This document shows, in pieces, positions 28,149-37,689 of a stretch of 64,000 bases of DNA (position 1 is the stretch's first letter; each line of letters opens with the position of its first letter). Made by a program: the position numbers and the translations under genes. The notes beneath the pieces were generated by a model. The model was not told where the DNA came from. It worked only from the letters and a program-made list of their open reading frames with translations, and did no database searches. The stretch covers positions 85,110-149,109 of the forward strand of contig DATKVB010000003.1 in NCBI GenBank assembly GCA_035530295.1, in the 5' to 3' direction. The stretch is from a bacterium. Lineage in GTDB: Bacteria; Spirochaetota; Spirochaetia; Treponematales; UBA12059.

Positions 28149-29467
28149 TTCCTTTCCTCCATTCGCTGCCACAATCTGCGCGTTTCCGATCTTCCGCGGG
28201 CCGCGATTGCAGCGGCGTCGAAGAGCGGCTTTCTGTCCTTGACTATGAATCTGCCCGCGACCATGGTCGAAGCGACCATGCGCGAGCCCATGCCAAATGC
28301 AACATGACCGGCCACATTACCGCTTTCAAGCGGAGTGGGCGGGTCGTAATCCCAGAAGGTGAGGTCGGCTTCGTATCCAGCCTCGACCCTGCCAAAGTGC
28401 TTGCCCGGGAAGTACCGTTCGAGCAGCCTGTTGCCATTCTGGAGCATCCCCAGGAAGGCGTCCATCCACATCGTGCCGCCGGCATCGTGATGCTTGAAGA
28501 ATGCAAAATTCGCTTCCTCGATCATGTCCGAACCGATGCCATCGGTGCCCAGTACCGCGTTCCTGTACAGACCAATCTTGTCATTATAGCCGACGGCGTT
28601 GTTCATGTTCGACCGCGCGTTGTGGGCTATGAACGAGTCGCGCTCGTTGACCAGCTCCACTTCACTGGGCGACAGGAAGAGGCCGTGGCCCAGTATCGTC
28701 TTGGGGCCAAGGAGGCCGGCATCATCCAGCCGGACGCAAATGTCCTTGTCAAAGCGATACCGCGAATCGACAGCGTCGAACTTGTCCTCGGCCACATGGA
28801 TGTGCAGGCCTCGTCCCGTGCTGGAACAGGCATCCGACAGGTCAGAGAGCGTCGCGTCTCCGATAGTGAAAGGCGCGTGGGCGCCAATAGCCGATTCGAC
28901 GAGGGGGTCGAGTCCGCGGGCACGCTCGGCATCCAGGCTCTTGGCAAAGCGGACATTCTCGCGCACGCCTGCCTTGGCGCCGTCCATGCCGTTGCGATCG
29001 GTGGTCTCGTAGCACAGAACGCCGCGGATGCCTACCGTGTCGAAGCCCTCGCGCAGAACGTCCAGTGAGCCATCGATGTATTCGGGACTCGCATGGTGGT
29101 CGACTACCGCGGTGACTCCGAGCATAGCCGCGTCGGCGGAGCCGGCAAGGCCGCTGGCTCTGACAATGCCTTCATCTATCGCACGGTCCAGAAGCCACCA
29201 CATGTTCTTCAGCTGCTGCGCAAAGTCCTTGCTGGGGGCAATAGCGACGGCCAGGCCGCGCGCGAGTGCCGAGTAGAAGTGGTTGTGCGAGCACACCAGT
29301 CCTGGGCTTACATATCCGCCGGGAGACATGCGCTCCGCCCGCGGATACTTGGCGGCCAGGCTCGAGCCTACCTCGATGATCTTCGAGCTCTCAATCGCGA
29401 CATCCATCGGTTCCGATACTGAACCAGGGTAGAAATGCAGAATCCGCACATGCTCAAGAATGATCAT
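28145..29467 (-). CDS. ssnA: SsnA-type aminohydrolase
   Basis: 440 aa, collinear with the remembered E. coli SsnA: SHNHFYSALARG, VVDHHASPEYIDGSL, GRGLHIHVAED, AHNARSNMNNAVGY, LGTDGIGSDMIEE, FFKHHDAGG. Confidence 0.9.
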   Translation of the reverse strand: MIILEHVRILHFYPGSVSEPMDVAIESSKIIEVGSSLAAKYPRAERMSPGGYVSPGLVCSHNHFYSALARGLAVAIAPSKDFAQQLKNMWWLLDRAIDEGIVRASGLAGSADAAMLGVTAVVDHHASPEYIDGSLDVLREGFDTVGIRGVLCYETTDRNGMDGAKAGVRENVRFAKSLDAERARGLDPLVESAIGAHAPFTIGDATLSDLSDACSSTGRGLHIHVAEDKFDAVDSRYRFDKDICVRLDDAGLLGPKTILGHGLFLSPSEVELVNERDSFIAHNARSNMNNAVGYNDKIGLYRNAVLGTDGIGSDMIEEANFAFFKHHDAGGTMWMDAFLGMLQNGNRLLERYFPGKHFGRVEAGYEADLTFWDYDPPTPLESGNVAGHVAFGMGSRMVASTMVAGRFIVKDRKPLFDAAAIAARGRSETRRLWQRMEERK

Positions 29468-32400
29468 GCCTTGCCTCCGGCTACCATGTACCGATGCGAA
29501 TCATGAATTGTCCGCGCTATGGCGAGCATCGCCGAGTCGCGCGCCGACGCGGTCCAGTCTGACCAGGCCAGCGTGCTGACCGCGGCGTCTTTGCCCTGGT
29601 CGGACCGTACCACGATGGTGGGGCGGTCTGTATGGCCGACGAACGCGAAGCCGGCGTTGCCGCTGGCCCTGAGTGATGCCTCGTCGCGGAACAGCGTTGG
29701 CTTGCCTGAGTACGGTTCGCCATCGTAGGGGCAGAAGAAACCGCAGTTGCCGCACTCGTTGCAGAGGTCGTCGACATGAACTATCTGGATGGCCTGCGCG
29801 ATCGGGCCACCGGGAGCCACCGGCAAGGCGACATTGGCGCGATTGGGGCACACTTCGACGCAGCGAAGGCAGGCCGAACCGCATGACAGGCAACGCTCCG
29901 CTTCCCTCGCCACGAAACCGGGATGATCGACTGGCAGGCTTGGCAGGACATCGCCGCGATGTGACAACACCTCGTAATCGGGTGCCTGGGGAGCAAGCTG
30001 CTCCACCGTCGGTTCGATGCCTGCTGCTTGCAGAATGGCATACGCCGCAACTCGGCCATCGGCTTCCCCCGCGATGATGCTGGCTGGTCCGCGGCGCGCA
30101 TCACCGGCCGCGTAGAGTCCCGCCACTGTCGTAGCCATGGTCTTCTGATCGACCACGGGCCGCCCGTCCCTGGCGACTTCTGCGCCGAGGCTCTGGAACA
30201 GGCCGCGGTCGGGGCTCTCGCCGACTGCCGCGACCACGAGGTCGCATTGCATGTCGCGGACGCGCGTCGAGGCGACTGGAGCCCTTCGACCCGAGGCATC
30301 CGGTTGTCCGAGTTCCATCTCGCGCACGCGCAACACGGGAGTAGAGCCCCCGATGCCCGGAGTCATGCGCTCCGGCAAAGATAGTTCCGAGTAGACGACC
30401 CGGTCCGCGAGCGCGGCTTCGAACTCTTCCCGGTCGGCGGGCATCTCCGCCAAGGTCCGGCGATAGAGGATGCTGACCTTGGGCTTGCCGGGCAACCGCG
30501 CGGCCACCCGGGCCGCGTCCATCGCGGTGTTGCCGCCGCCGGCGACAACGATGGCCTTGTAGCCGTCGAACTCGCCCTTGCCCTCATGCGCTGCTCCCAG
30601 GAACTCCAGCGCGTCGATGACGCGTATGCCGGTGCCTTCGATGGGCAGTTCCCTGGGCACCGGGGCACCGGTCGCTATCACAATCGACGTGAACCCGTCG
30701 CGCTTGAGCGCCTGTGAGTCTATGGCACCGGAATGATTGAACACGAATCGCGCGCCAAGGTCCTCGATCCTCTTGATGTCAGCCACAATGTCGTCGCGGG
30801 AAATGCGGAAGCCCGGAATCACGTTGGCGGGAACGCCGCCCGCCGCGGGTGCCTCGTCAAAGACGGTAACAGGGTAGCCCTCGAGGGCCAGATAGTGGGC
30901 GCATGCGAGTCCGGCTGGGCCGGCGCCGAAGACCGCTGTCTTGCCCTTGCCGGAGAGCACTGGTTTCTTGACAACAGGTACCGCGGCGGACCTGGCGCAC
31001 GCCAGTTTCATCGCCCTGATTTCCACCGGGCCCTCGTAATCGACTCGAGAGCAGGCCGTCATGCACTGGTGGTCACAGAGGACGCCTGTGATGTGCGGCA
31101 GCGGATTGTCAGCCAGCACGATTGACAGGGCCTTCTTCGCGTCGCCCGCGGCGAGTGCCTTCATGTAGGCGGGCGGCTTCTGGCTGGCCGGGCAGGCTTC
31201 GACACATGGCGCGGCAAAGCAATCGGTCAGGGGCAGAGTCTTTTTGATTCTGGCCTCGCCTTTCTTGTAGTCGCCATGGAAGGCCTTGTCCTTCAGGGCG
31301 GCATCGGCGAGATCGGCAAGACGCGCGGCATCCGGCCGTGCCGGTATCCCTGCCTTGAGGGCACGGACGGCCTCGCTGGCCATCGGTTCCAGTCTCAGGT
31401 ATCCGCCCGGCTTCAGGATATCGGTCGCGACAGTCAGGGGGCCAAGCCCCGCGGCTATGCAGTCATAGGCGTTGTGGGCGCTTGCGCCTCCGCAGTACGA
31501 GAATGCCGGCGGCTCCGGCATGGCGGCCGATATCTTCGCGGCCAGGGCCGTGGTTATGGGGAACAGCGCCCTGCCTGACATGTACCGTTCGGCGCCGGGC
31601 ATACGGCCGCCATCATTGACGTTGGCCAGCGTATTTGACAGCTTGATCCCGAAGCGCTGCCCCTTGGCTTTGGCCTTGCCGCGCAAGGACGCCACGAGCT
31701 TGAGAGCGGCGTCGAACTGCAGGTCATGCTCGAATGTCGGGCGCTTGACCACGATGCGCTGCCATCCTGTGGTATCAAGAATATCCCGCACCATGTCATA
31801 CCCGAGCAGCGTGGGATTGAGCTTCACGTACGCGTCGAAGCCTTTATCTTCTATTAGATAGGCGCCGATCCGTTCGATCTCATCGGGAGGGCACCCATGC
31901 ATCGTGGATAGCGTAACCGAGTGCACAGGCGCCGATGGCATTGCACGGACTATGTCTCTGGCGCGGGCTGCGCCGGCGGCGCCAAAGGCCGCGGCGAATG
32001 ACGGGGACTGGACAGCCGCCGCCGCCTCACTCAGGGCGGTAGCCCAGACCGGCGTGCCTGTCGGCGACCGCATGCCTTCTATGAACGCGTCCATGCGCGG
32101 GCCCTTGATTCCATCGAGGGTGTACCCGACTGACATATTGAACATCAGGGCACCTGGCTTGTCCGACAGTGCCGCGCGCAGCACATGGATCGCTATCCAT
32201 GCGCGGAGGTACTCGGCACGGGCCTCGTCGAGCGTCAGCTCGGTCGACCACTCGACGTTGTGGCCCTCATCGAGGGCATCGATGCATGGCTTGTCTATAT
32301 CGAGCCTGTCGTTCTCCTGCACCGTCTTGAGCTCGAACACCCGCGATCCGGCCAGCCAGGCCGCGATGAGGTTCGGAGCAATTTGCGTGTGCGGACCCGC

Positions 32401-32574
32401 GGCCGGGCCGACGGGCAAGCCGATCCTGAGACCGTTTACCTCAAAGCCGGGAGACCTGGCCTCGAGTTCCAGAACGCGGCGCGTCAGCGCGGCGGGTATG
32501 TCGTAGACGCTGTCACGCGCCTTCCATTCGCCAACGATTCGAGCCATAAGCTCGCTCATCGGCAGGGACTTCAT
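29464..32574 (-). CDS. ygfK: YgfK-type multidomain Fe-S/flavin oxidoreductase (annotated elsewhere as putative selenate reductase subunit)
   Basis: About 1036 aa from ATG 32574 (MKSLPMSELMARIV aligns with the E. coli MRPIPFEELLTRIF). Blocks VGPAAGPHTQ, VTLSTMHGCPP, YMSGRALFP, VFGAGPAGLA, NTAMDAARVA, and C-terminal ferredoxin motifs CLSCGSACLRCVEVCPNRAN and CNECGNCGFFCPYDG. Confidence 0.9.
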   Translation of the reverse strand: MKSLPMSELMARIVGEWKARDSVYDIPAALTRRVLELEARSPGFEVNGLRIGLPVGPAAGPHTQIAPNLIAAWLAGSRVFELKTVQENDRLDIDKPCIDALDEGHNVEWSTELTLDEARAEYLRAWIAIHVLRAALSDKPGALMFNMSVGYTLDGIKGPRMDAFIEGMRSPTGTPVWATALSEAAAAVQSPSFAAAFGAAGAARARDIVRAMPSAPVHSVTLSTMHGCPPDEIERIGAYLIEDKGFDAYVKLNPTLLGYDMVRDILDTTGWQRIVVKRPTFEHDLQFDAALKLVASLRGKAKAKGQRFGIKLSNTLANVNDGGRMPGAERYMSGRALFPITTALAAKISAAMPEPPAFSYCGGASAHNAYDCIAAGLGPLTVATDILKPGGYLRLEPMASEAVRALKAGIPARPDAARLADLADAALKDKAFHGDYKKGEARIKKTLPLTDCFAAPCVEACPASQKPPAYMKALAAGDAKKALSIVLADNPLPHITGVLCDHQCMTACSRVDYEGPVEIRAMKLACARSAAVPVVKKPVLSGKGKTAVFGAGPAGLACAHYLALEGYPVTVFDEAPAAGGVPANVIPGFRISRDDIVADIKRIEDLGARFVFNHSGAIDSQALKRDGFTSIVIATGAPVPRELPIEGTGIRVIDALEFLGAAHEGKGEFDGYKAIVVAGGGNTAMDAARVAARLPGKPKVSILYRRTLAEMPADREEFEAALADRVVYSELSLPERMTPGIGGSTPVLRVREMELGQPDASGRRAPVASTRVRDMQCDLVVAAVGESPDRGLFQSLGAEVARDGRPVVDQKTMATTVAGLYAAGDARRGPASIIAGEADGRVAAYAILQAAGIEPTVEQLAPQAPDYEVLSHRGDVLPSLPVDHPGFVAREAERCLSCGSACLRCVEVCPNRANVALPVAPGGPIAQAIQIVHVDDLCNECGNCGFFCPYDGEPYSGKPTLFRDEASLRASGNAGFAFVGHTDRPTIVVRSDQGKDAAVSTLAWSDWTASARDSAMLAIARTIHDSHRYMVAGGKA

Positions 32575-32582
32575 GATCTTGC

Positions 32583-33977
32583 TCACCGGTACCCCCATCG
32601 TAAAAATTTTCCGTAGCCTGCATCGACGGTTATTCCGACCGCCGCATCGGCGGCTGCCCCGGCTCGTTTTCCATCCCAAATTACGCGGCCGCGCAACCAT
32701 GTCGCGACAATCGAACCGTCAAGGCGCATGCCTTCGAACGGCGTCAATGTTCCCTTGCTCAACAGCCGCGATCCTTTGACATCGTAGCTGCCTTTTGGAT
32801 CGACCATGATGATGTCCGCGTCCATGCCGACGGCAAGCGCGCCCTTGCGGGCCGAGAGCCCGAAACGGGCCGCCGCTCCGGCACTCGTGGCTCGCAGCAG
32901 TTCGGACAGAGACAGCCGCCCCGCCCGATACCCTTCCGAATACAGGTAGGGGAACAGGGTGCCAGTTCCGGGAATGCCGCCATAGTCGGTCCAGATCGAA
33001 CCGGTATGCTTCTCCGATTCCGGAGCTGGCGCGTGGTCGCTCGTCACGTATGATATTGCTCCCGACGCCAGGAGCCGCCAGAGCCGCTCCGCCTGCCCGC
33101 GCGACTTTACCGGTGGGGCCGTCTTCAGCGACGAGCCATGATCCGCAAAATCGTCGCTACAGAAGGCGAGGTAGTGCGGGCAGGTCTCGCAGCTGGCGCC
33201 TGTAGCCGCAATGGCCTCGGCCGCCTCCGCGGTGCCGACATGCACGATGTGCAGGCTGGTCTCGTGCCCGTGTGCCAGCGCGAGCGCGGAGGCGACTGCG
33301 ACGGTTTCAGCCGTCTCTGGCCGCGAGTCCACATAGTCCTGCCAACGGGGTCGGCGATGTTCCGCCATGGCCCTGGCCTTCGCGGCATCGGTCGAGGGCA
33401 GCACGACTCCGGGATCCTCCGCGTGCAACAGCACGGGCCTGCCGAGTCCGGCTGCCTTGGCAACCACCCGCCCGAAGCCGTAGTGATCTACAGCGGTAAA
33501 GGTGTCCATCCCGGAAATAAAGTAGCACTTGAAGCCGACTACATCGGGGGCGAGCGCCTCCATGTCTGACTCCAGCGATGACTCGATAGTATGTCCAGAG
33601 ATGCCGCCATAGAGCGCGTAATCGACGACGCTGTGGGCACCCATCGCCACGAGCTTCTGCCCGAGGTTGGCCTGGGTCGTAACCGGCGGCAGGCTCGTGC
33701 ATGGCATGTCTATCACCGTGGTTACGCCACCACGCGCTGCGGCCATCGATCCGTGGTGGAAATCCTCGCGGTGGGTAAAGCCAGGCTCGTCGAAGTGCAC
33801 ATGCGGATCTATAGCCCCGGGGAACAGCTCGAGCCCGGACGCATCGAACAGCTCTTCTCCGTCGTGCGGGCTTATCGTTTCCGCAATTTCAACGATACGC
33901 TCCGCGGTGATTCGTATGTCGCGCCTGACCAGGGTCTTCGCACCGGGCAATGCGCATAGCCCGTTCTTGAGTATCAT
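32583..33977 (-). CDS. cyclic amidohydrolase (allantoinase/dihydroorotase/hydantoinase family)
   Basis: 464 aa from ATG 33977 (MILKNGLCALPG), in ATGA overlap with the upstream gene. GAIDPHVHFDEPG metal site, VVGFKCY (the carbamylated-Lys position), LLHAED, TSDHAP and GMDADI. Occupies the slot held by hyuA in E. coli. The 107-aa ORF-track extension is rejected. Confidence 0.8.
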   Translation of the reverse strand: MILKNGLCALPGAKTLVRRDIRITAERIVEIAETISPHDGEELFDASGLELFPGAIDPHVHFDEPGFTHREDFHHGSMAAARGGVTTVIDMPCTSLPPVTTQANLGQKLVAMGAHSVVDYALYGGISGHTIESSLESDMEALAPDVVGFKCYFISGMDTFTAVDHYGFGRVVAKAAGLGRPVLLHAEDPGVVLPSTDAAKARAMAEHRRPRWQDYVDSRPETAETVAVASALALAHGHETSLHIVHVGTAEAAEAIAATGASCETCPHYLAFCSDDFADHGSSLKTAPPVKSRGQAERLWRLLASGAISYVTSDHAPAPESEKHTGSIWTDYGGIPGTGTLFPYLYSEGYRAGRLSLSELLRATSAGAAARFGLSARKGALAVGMDADIIMVDPKGSYDVKGSRLLSKGTLTPFEGMRLDGSIVATWLRGRVIWDGKRAGAAADAAVGITVDAGYGKFLRWGYR

Positions 33978-36262
33978 CGTGGGCCTCCCGCGGTTTTGGC
34001 GCCGCCAACGATGAAGTTCATGGCCTTCTCGGGCGTCATGGGCAGGTCGTAGAATGACGGGGCATCCGGGTGCACCGCGCGGAGCGCATCCATCACCGCA
34101 AAGTAGCCGGCTATGCCGTACATCAGGGGCGGTTCTCCCACGGCCTTGGAGTTGGCCACGACCATCGGGTTGGGCCTGGTATAGAACTCCACATCGAGCC
34201 TGGGCATGAAGTGTGCGTCGGGAAGCTTGTATGTTGATAGCGTATCGGCCAGCAGCCTGCCCGTCTCGTCGAACTTGAGTTCCTCGAGCGCCGCCCATCC
34301 CAGGCCCTGTGCGAAGGCGCCCTCGATCTGCCCCAGGTCGACCAACTGGTCGATAGACTCGGCTATGTCGTGGACTATGATAGCGTCATCGAACTGATAC
34401 CTGCCCCTGACCACGTCGAGCGTAGCCGTGACTATGCAACAGCCGTACACGTGATAGAGGAATGGTGTGCCGTGCTCGGCCTTCATGTCGTAATGCAGGC
34501 CCGGCGTCGCGTAGAAGCCATGGGCGGACAGGTCGATGCGCCGCTCGTACGCCATGCCGGCCAGCGCGGCAAAGGTCAGATCTGTTTCTCGCGTGCCCGT
34601 CGGGCCCTTCACGCTGACGCGGCCGTCGGCAATCATGATTGCATCGACCGGCACGCCGAGCCGTTCGGACGCCAACGTGGCGAGGCGCTTGCGTATCTCG
34701 ATGCTGGCCACCTGCGCGGCCATCGCGTTGATGTCGGAGCCAGTACTCGCGGCTGTTGCGACCGTATTGGCAACCGTGGTCGTCCTCGTGCTCTCGACCC
34801 TCACGAGCGGCAGCGGAGCCCCGAGCGCGCGAGCCGTGACTATTGCTATTTTGCGGCCAACGCCTTGCCCCATCTCGATGGCGCCGGTGCTTACCGATAC
34901 CGAGCCATCGTTGTATACATGCACCAATGAACCACCCTGGTTCAGCATTATCTTGGTAAAGCTTATGCCAAAACACTGGGGAAACGCCGCCGCCCCGCGC
35001 TTGTACGCCTTGTTCGTTGCGTTGAAGGTCGCGATGTCGGCCCGCAACCTGGGCCAGCCCGCCTTGTCCATGCAGCGGTCAAAGGTAGCCTTGGCCCGCA
35101 CATCGACCATCTGCATGCCGTAGTGCGACACATCGCCCTCGGACAGCAGGTTCCTGCGCTGAATCTCGGTACGGTCGATGCCCAGAACCCTGGAGGCCGC
35201 ATCGATGGCGCTCTCTATGACAAAGAGCCCCTGCGGTCCGCCGAAGCCACGGAATGCCGTGAATGGCACCAAGTTGGTCCGGCACATAGTGCCGGTGGCC
35301 CTCACGTTGGGGATGTGGTACGCGCCGGCCGCGTGGAACAGCGTGCGGGGCAATATGGCCGGCGACAGATCGGTCGCGGCTCCAGCGTTCTGGTAGTAGT
35401 CGGCCTCGAATGCGATGATGGTGCCGTCTTTTTTAAGGCCAATCTTGAAATCTGACGAGTATGGGTGGCGCTTGCCCGTGCTTGTCATGTCGTCGCGTCG
35501 GTTCAGGTACAGCTTGACCGGCTTTCCGGTTTTCACCGCGCCAAGTGCGGCGAGAGCCGCCCATCCGGAGGCCTGGTCCTCCTTGCCGCCAAAGGCGCCG
35601 CCCAGCCGGCGCGTCTCCACCTCGACCAGGTTCATCGGCACGCCCAGAATCCTGGCGACGATCGCCTGCACGCCGGAGGGGCTCTGTGTGCCCGAAAGCA
35701 ACCGTACGCCGCCTGAATCCTCTGGCCAGGCTATCGCGCCCTGGGTCTCCAGGTACACATGCTCCTGGCCGTCCGACTCGACACGGCCCGACAGGACCAC
35801 GTCGCATTCTTTGTAGGCCGCCTCGGGGTCGCCTGAGCGCTGGGTCCTGCTCGTCATGATGATGTCGCCACGCTCGAAGGCGACCCGAGGATCGACAACC
35901 ACCGGCAGGTCTTGTCGTCCCTCGATCCTGACCAGGGCGGCGGCCCTGCGGGCTATCGACCGCGATGGAGCCAGCACCAGCGCCAGCACCTCTCCGCGGT
36001 AGTGCCACTCGCCCGTCGCGAGCATCGGCTCATCGGGAATCGAGGTGGACAGCTCATTCTGGCCGGGCACGTCGGAGGCGACAAGCACGCGCACCCCCGG
36101 CGCGTAGGCCAGAGCGGCCGACGCATCGAGTCCACTGTAGCGGCCGTGCGCCGAAGGGGATGTGACGATGGCCGCGTGCAGCATGTCAGAAGTCTCCGGA
36201 ACATCGTCGATATAGGTGGTCTTGCCCATCACATTGAGTATTGAATCGGGATTGCGCTTCAT
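33974..36262 (-). CDS. xdhB: xanthine dehydrogenase, molybdopterin-binding large subunit (two-subunit Rhodobacter-type architecture)
   Basis: 762 aa from ATG 36262. Blocks RRLGGAFGGKED, FRGFGGPQG and GQGLGWAALEE. Symbol follows Rhodobacter nomenclature. ATGA overlap with the small subunit. Confidence 0.88.
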   Translation of the reverse strand: MKRNPDSILNVMGKTTYIDDVPETSDMLHAAIVTSPSAHGRYSGLDASAALAYAPGVRVLVASDVPGQNELSTSIPDEPMLATGEWHYRGEVLALVLAPSRSIARRAAALVRIEGRQDLPVVVDPRVAFERGDIIMTSRTQRSGDPEAAYKECDVVLSGRVESDGQEHVYLETQGAIAWPEDSGGVRLLSGTQSPSGVQAIVARILGVPMNLVEVETRRLGGAFGGKEDQASGWAALAALGAVKTGKPVKLYLNRRDDMTSTGKRHPYSSDFKIGLKKDGTIIAFEADYYQNAGAATDLSPAILPRTLFHAAGAYHIPNVRATGTMCRTNLVPFTAFRGFGGPQGLFVIESAIDAASRVLGIDRTEIQRRNLLSEGDVSHYGMQMVDVRAKATFDRCMDKAGWPRLRADIATFNATNKAYKRGAAAFPQCFGISFTKIMLNQGGSLVHVYNDGSVSVSTGAIEMGQGVGRKIAIVTARALGAPLPLVRVESTRTTTVANTVATAASTGSDINAMAAQVASIEIRKRLATLASERLGVPVDAIMIADGRVSVKGPTGTRETDLTFAALAGMAYERRIDLSAHGFYATPGLHYDMKAEHGTPFLYHVYGCCIVTATLDVVRGRYQFDDAIIVHDIAESIDQLVDLGQIEGAFAQGLGWAALEELKFDETGRLLADTLSTYKLPDAHFMPRLDVEFYTRPNPMVVANSKAVGEPPLMYGIAGYFAVMDALRAVHPDAPSFYDLPMTPEKAMNFIVGGAKTAGGPR

Positions 36263-37689
36263 GAAAGGAGTTCCTCCTCGAGCTTGAGGGCGGGCCACAG
36301 CCTGATGAAGGCGGCCCAGGCCAGCCGCTCCAACAGGTTCTTGCGGTAGGTCGACGAACCGCGCACATCGCTCATAGGGCTGCCGGCGGCGCTAGCCAGC
36401 GTGCCAACCTGCCGTGCCAGAGCTGCCGATGGCTTCTGGCCACGCATCGCGGCCTCCACGTCGCGGAGCCGGAGCGGGGTAGCAGCCACGCCGCCAGCCG
36501 AATACCGTACATCCACGATCGTGCCATCCGCGGTCATCATCACGGCGCAGGCGCAGTTGACGGTGGCAATGTCCAGCCGTTCCCGCTTGCTGGCCTTCTC
36601 GAAGTCAAACGCGGACCAGCCGCCGCGGAACTCTATGCTCTGAATGGCCTCAGACGGCTTCATGTCAATCTTCTTGTAACCGGTAAAGAACTGGTCCAGC
36701 CTGACGCGCCTCTCGCCATCGGGGCCGGACAGTACCAGCTCCGCATCGAGAGCTATCAGCATCGCCGTCATGTCGGCTATGGGCGAGGCGTTGGCTATGT
36801 TGCCCGCGAGCGTCGCCCGATTGCGTATCGGCGGCGAGGCCACATCGTGTTCGAAGCGCTCTATGCCAGGCACTGCCTGCCTGACCGCGGCCGAGCCGAA
36901 GAAATCCGTGGCGTTCACGCCCGCGCCCATCACTATGCAGTCATGCCCGTTTCGTTTTGCCTCGGTTATGGCCCTGGCCGACGGTCCCCTGTCGATGAAG
37001 GCTGGTGCCAGATCGGACTCGGGGTCAGGGTTGCGGACGAAGTAGTCGGTGCCTCCACCCAGCACCGGGCTTCCGGCAACCGGCGTCGATGGACCGGCGG
37101 CGGCTACTGGTGGCATTGTCATCAGCGCGGCCAGCCTTCTGGGTATCACATGACGATCAGCCAGCATTGCCAGCCTCGGACCCAGCTCCGCAGGCAGATC
37201 CTTGTATTCGTCGGCGAGCCTGGACGCGGCCCTGCGAATCGACCCATAGCCTGTGCAACGGCAGAGATTGCCCTCCACGGCGACCATCGCTTCCACCGGG
37301 TCTATCCTGGAGCCGGATACCAGATAGCCTGTCAGCGCCAGTATGAAGCCAGGAGAGCAGAAGCCGCATTGGCTGGCGCCCTCATCGAGCATCGCATCCA
37401 TGACCGGCGTCAGGCCGCCTGACGCGAGGCCTTCCACCGTAATCACATGGCGACCGTCGAGTTCACCCATCGCCAGTGTGCAGGAAGTGACCGACCGCCA
37501 CTCTGTCGAACCATCAGGAGCGCGTCCGCCCATCAGCACGAGGCACGCGCCGCAGTCTCCCTCGCGGCAGCCCTCTTTGGTCCCCTTGAGGCCAGCCTCA
37601 TTGCGTATCCAGTCGAGGGCCAGAGCCTCCTCCCGGACCGCTATGTCGTAGTCGGTTTCATTCAGTCTGAACTTGATGTTTCGTGTCAT
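36259..37689 (-). CDS. xdhA: xanthine dehydrogenase small subunit (2x[2Fe-2S] plus FAD domain)
   Basis: 476 aa. CREGDCGACLV and CGFCSPG...CRCTGY Fe-S motifs, followed by an FAD-binding domain (LGGGTDYF, NRATLAGNIANASP). Symbol follows Rhodobacter nomenclature. Confidence 0.85.
   Translation of the reverse strand: MTRNIKFRLNETDYDIAVREEALALDWIRNEAGLKGTKEGCREGDCGACLVLMGGRAPDGSTEWRSVTSCTLAMGELDGRHVITVEGLASGGLTPVMDAMLDEGASQCGFCSPGFILALTGYLVSGSRIDPVEAMVAVEGNLCRCTGYGSIRRAASRLADEYKDLPAELGPRLAMLADRHVIPRRLAALMTMPPVAAAGPSTPVAGSPVLGGGTDYFVRNPDPESDLAPAFIDRGPSARAITEAKRNGHDCIVMGAGVNATDFFGSAAVRQAVPGIERFEHDVASPPIRNRATLAGNIANASPIADMTAMLIALDAELVLSGPDGERRVRLDQFFTGYKKIDMKPSEAIQSIEFRGGWSAFDFEKASKRERLDIATVNCACAVMMTADGTIVDVRYSAGGVAATPLRLRDVEAAMRGQKPSAALARQVGTLASAAGSPMSDVRGSSTYRKNLLERLAWAAFIRLWPALKLEEELLS

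Noticed and set aside
32583-34298. N-terminal extensions proposed by the ORF track. Examples: the 571-aa form of the cyclic amidohydrolase, the 603-aa prfC, the 524-aa radical SAM, the 1078-aa ygfK, the 450-aa argG and the 774-aa XDH large subunit
   Set aside because: The extensions overlap upstream genes, are Arg-rich, and lack homology to the known N-termini. Internal ATGs with SDs or ATGA coupling reproduce the canonical protein starts.
19140-37689. Selenocysteine (in-frame TGA) in the molybdenum hydroxylases, YgeY or YgfK
   Set aside because: All these ORFs read through at full length collinear with the non-Sec E. coli homologues. No interrupted frame needs a TGA readthrough.
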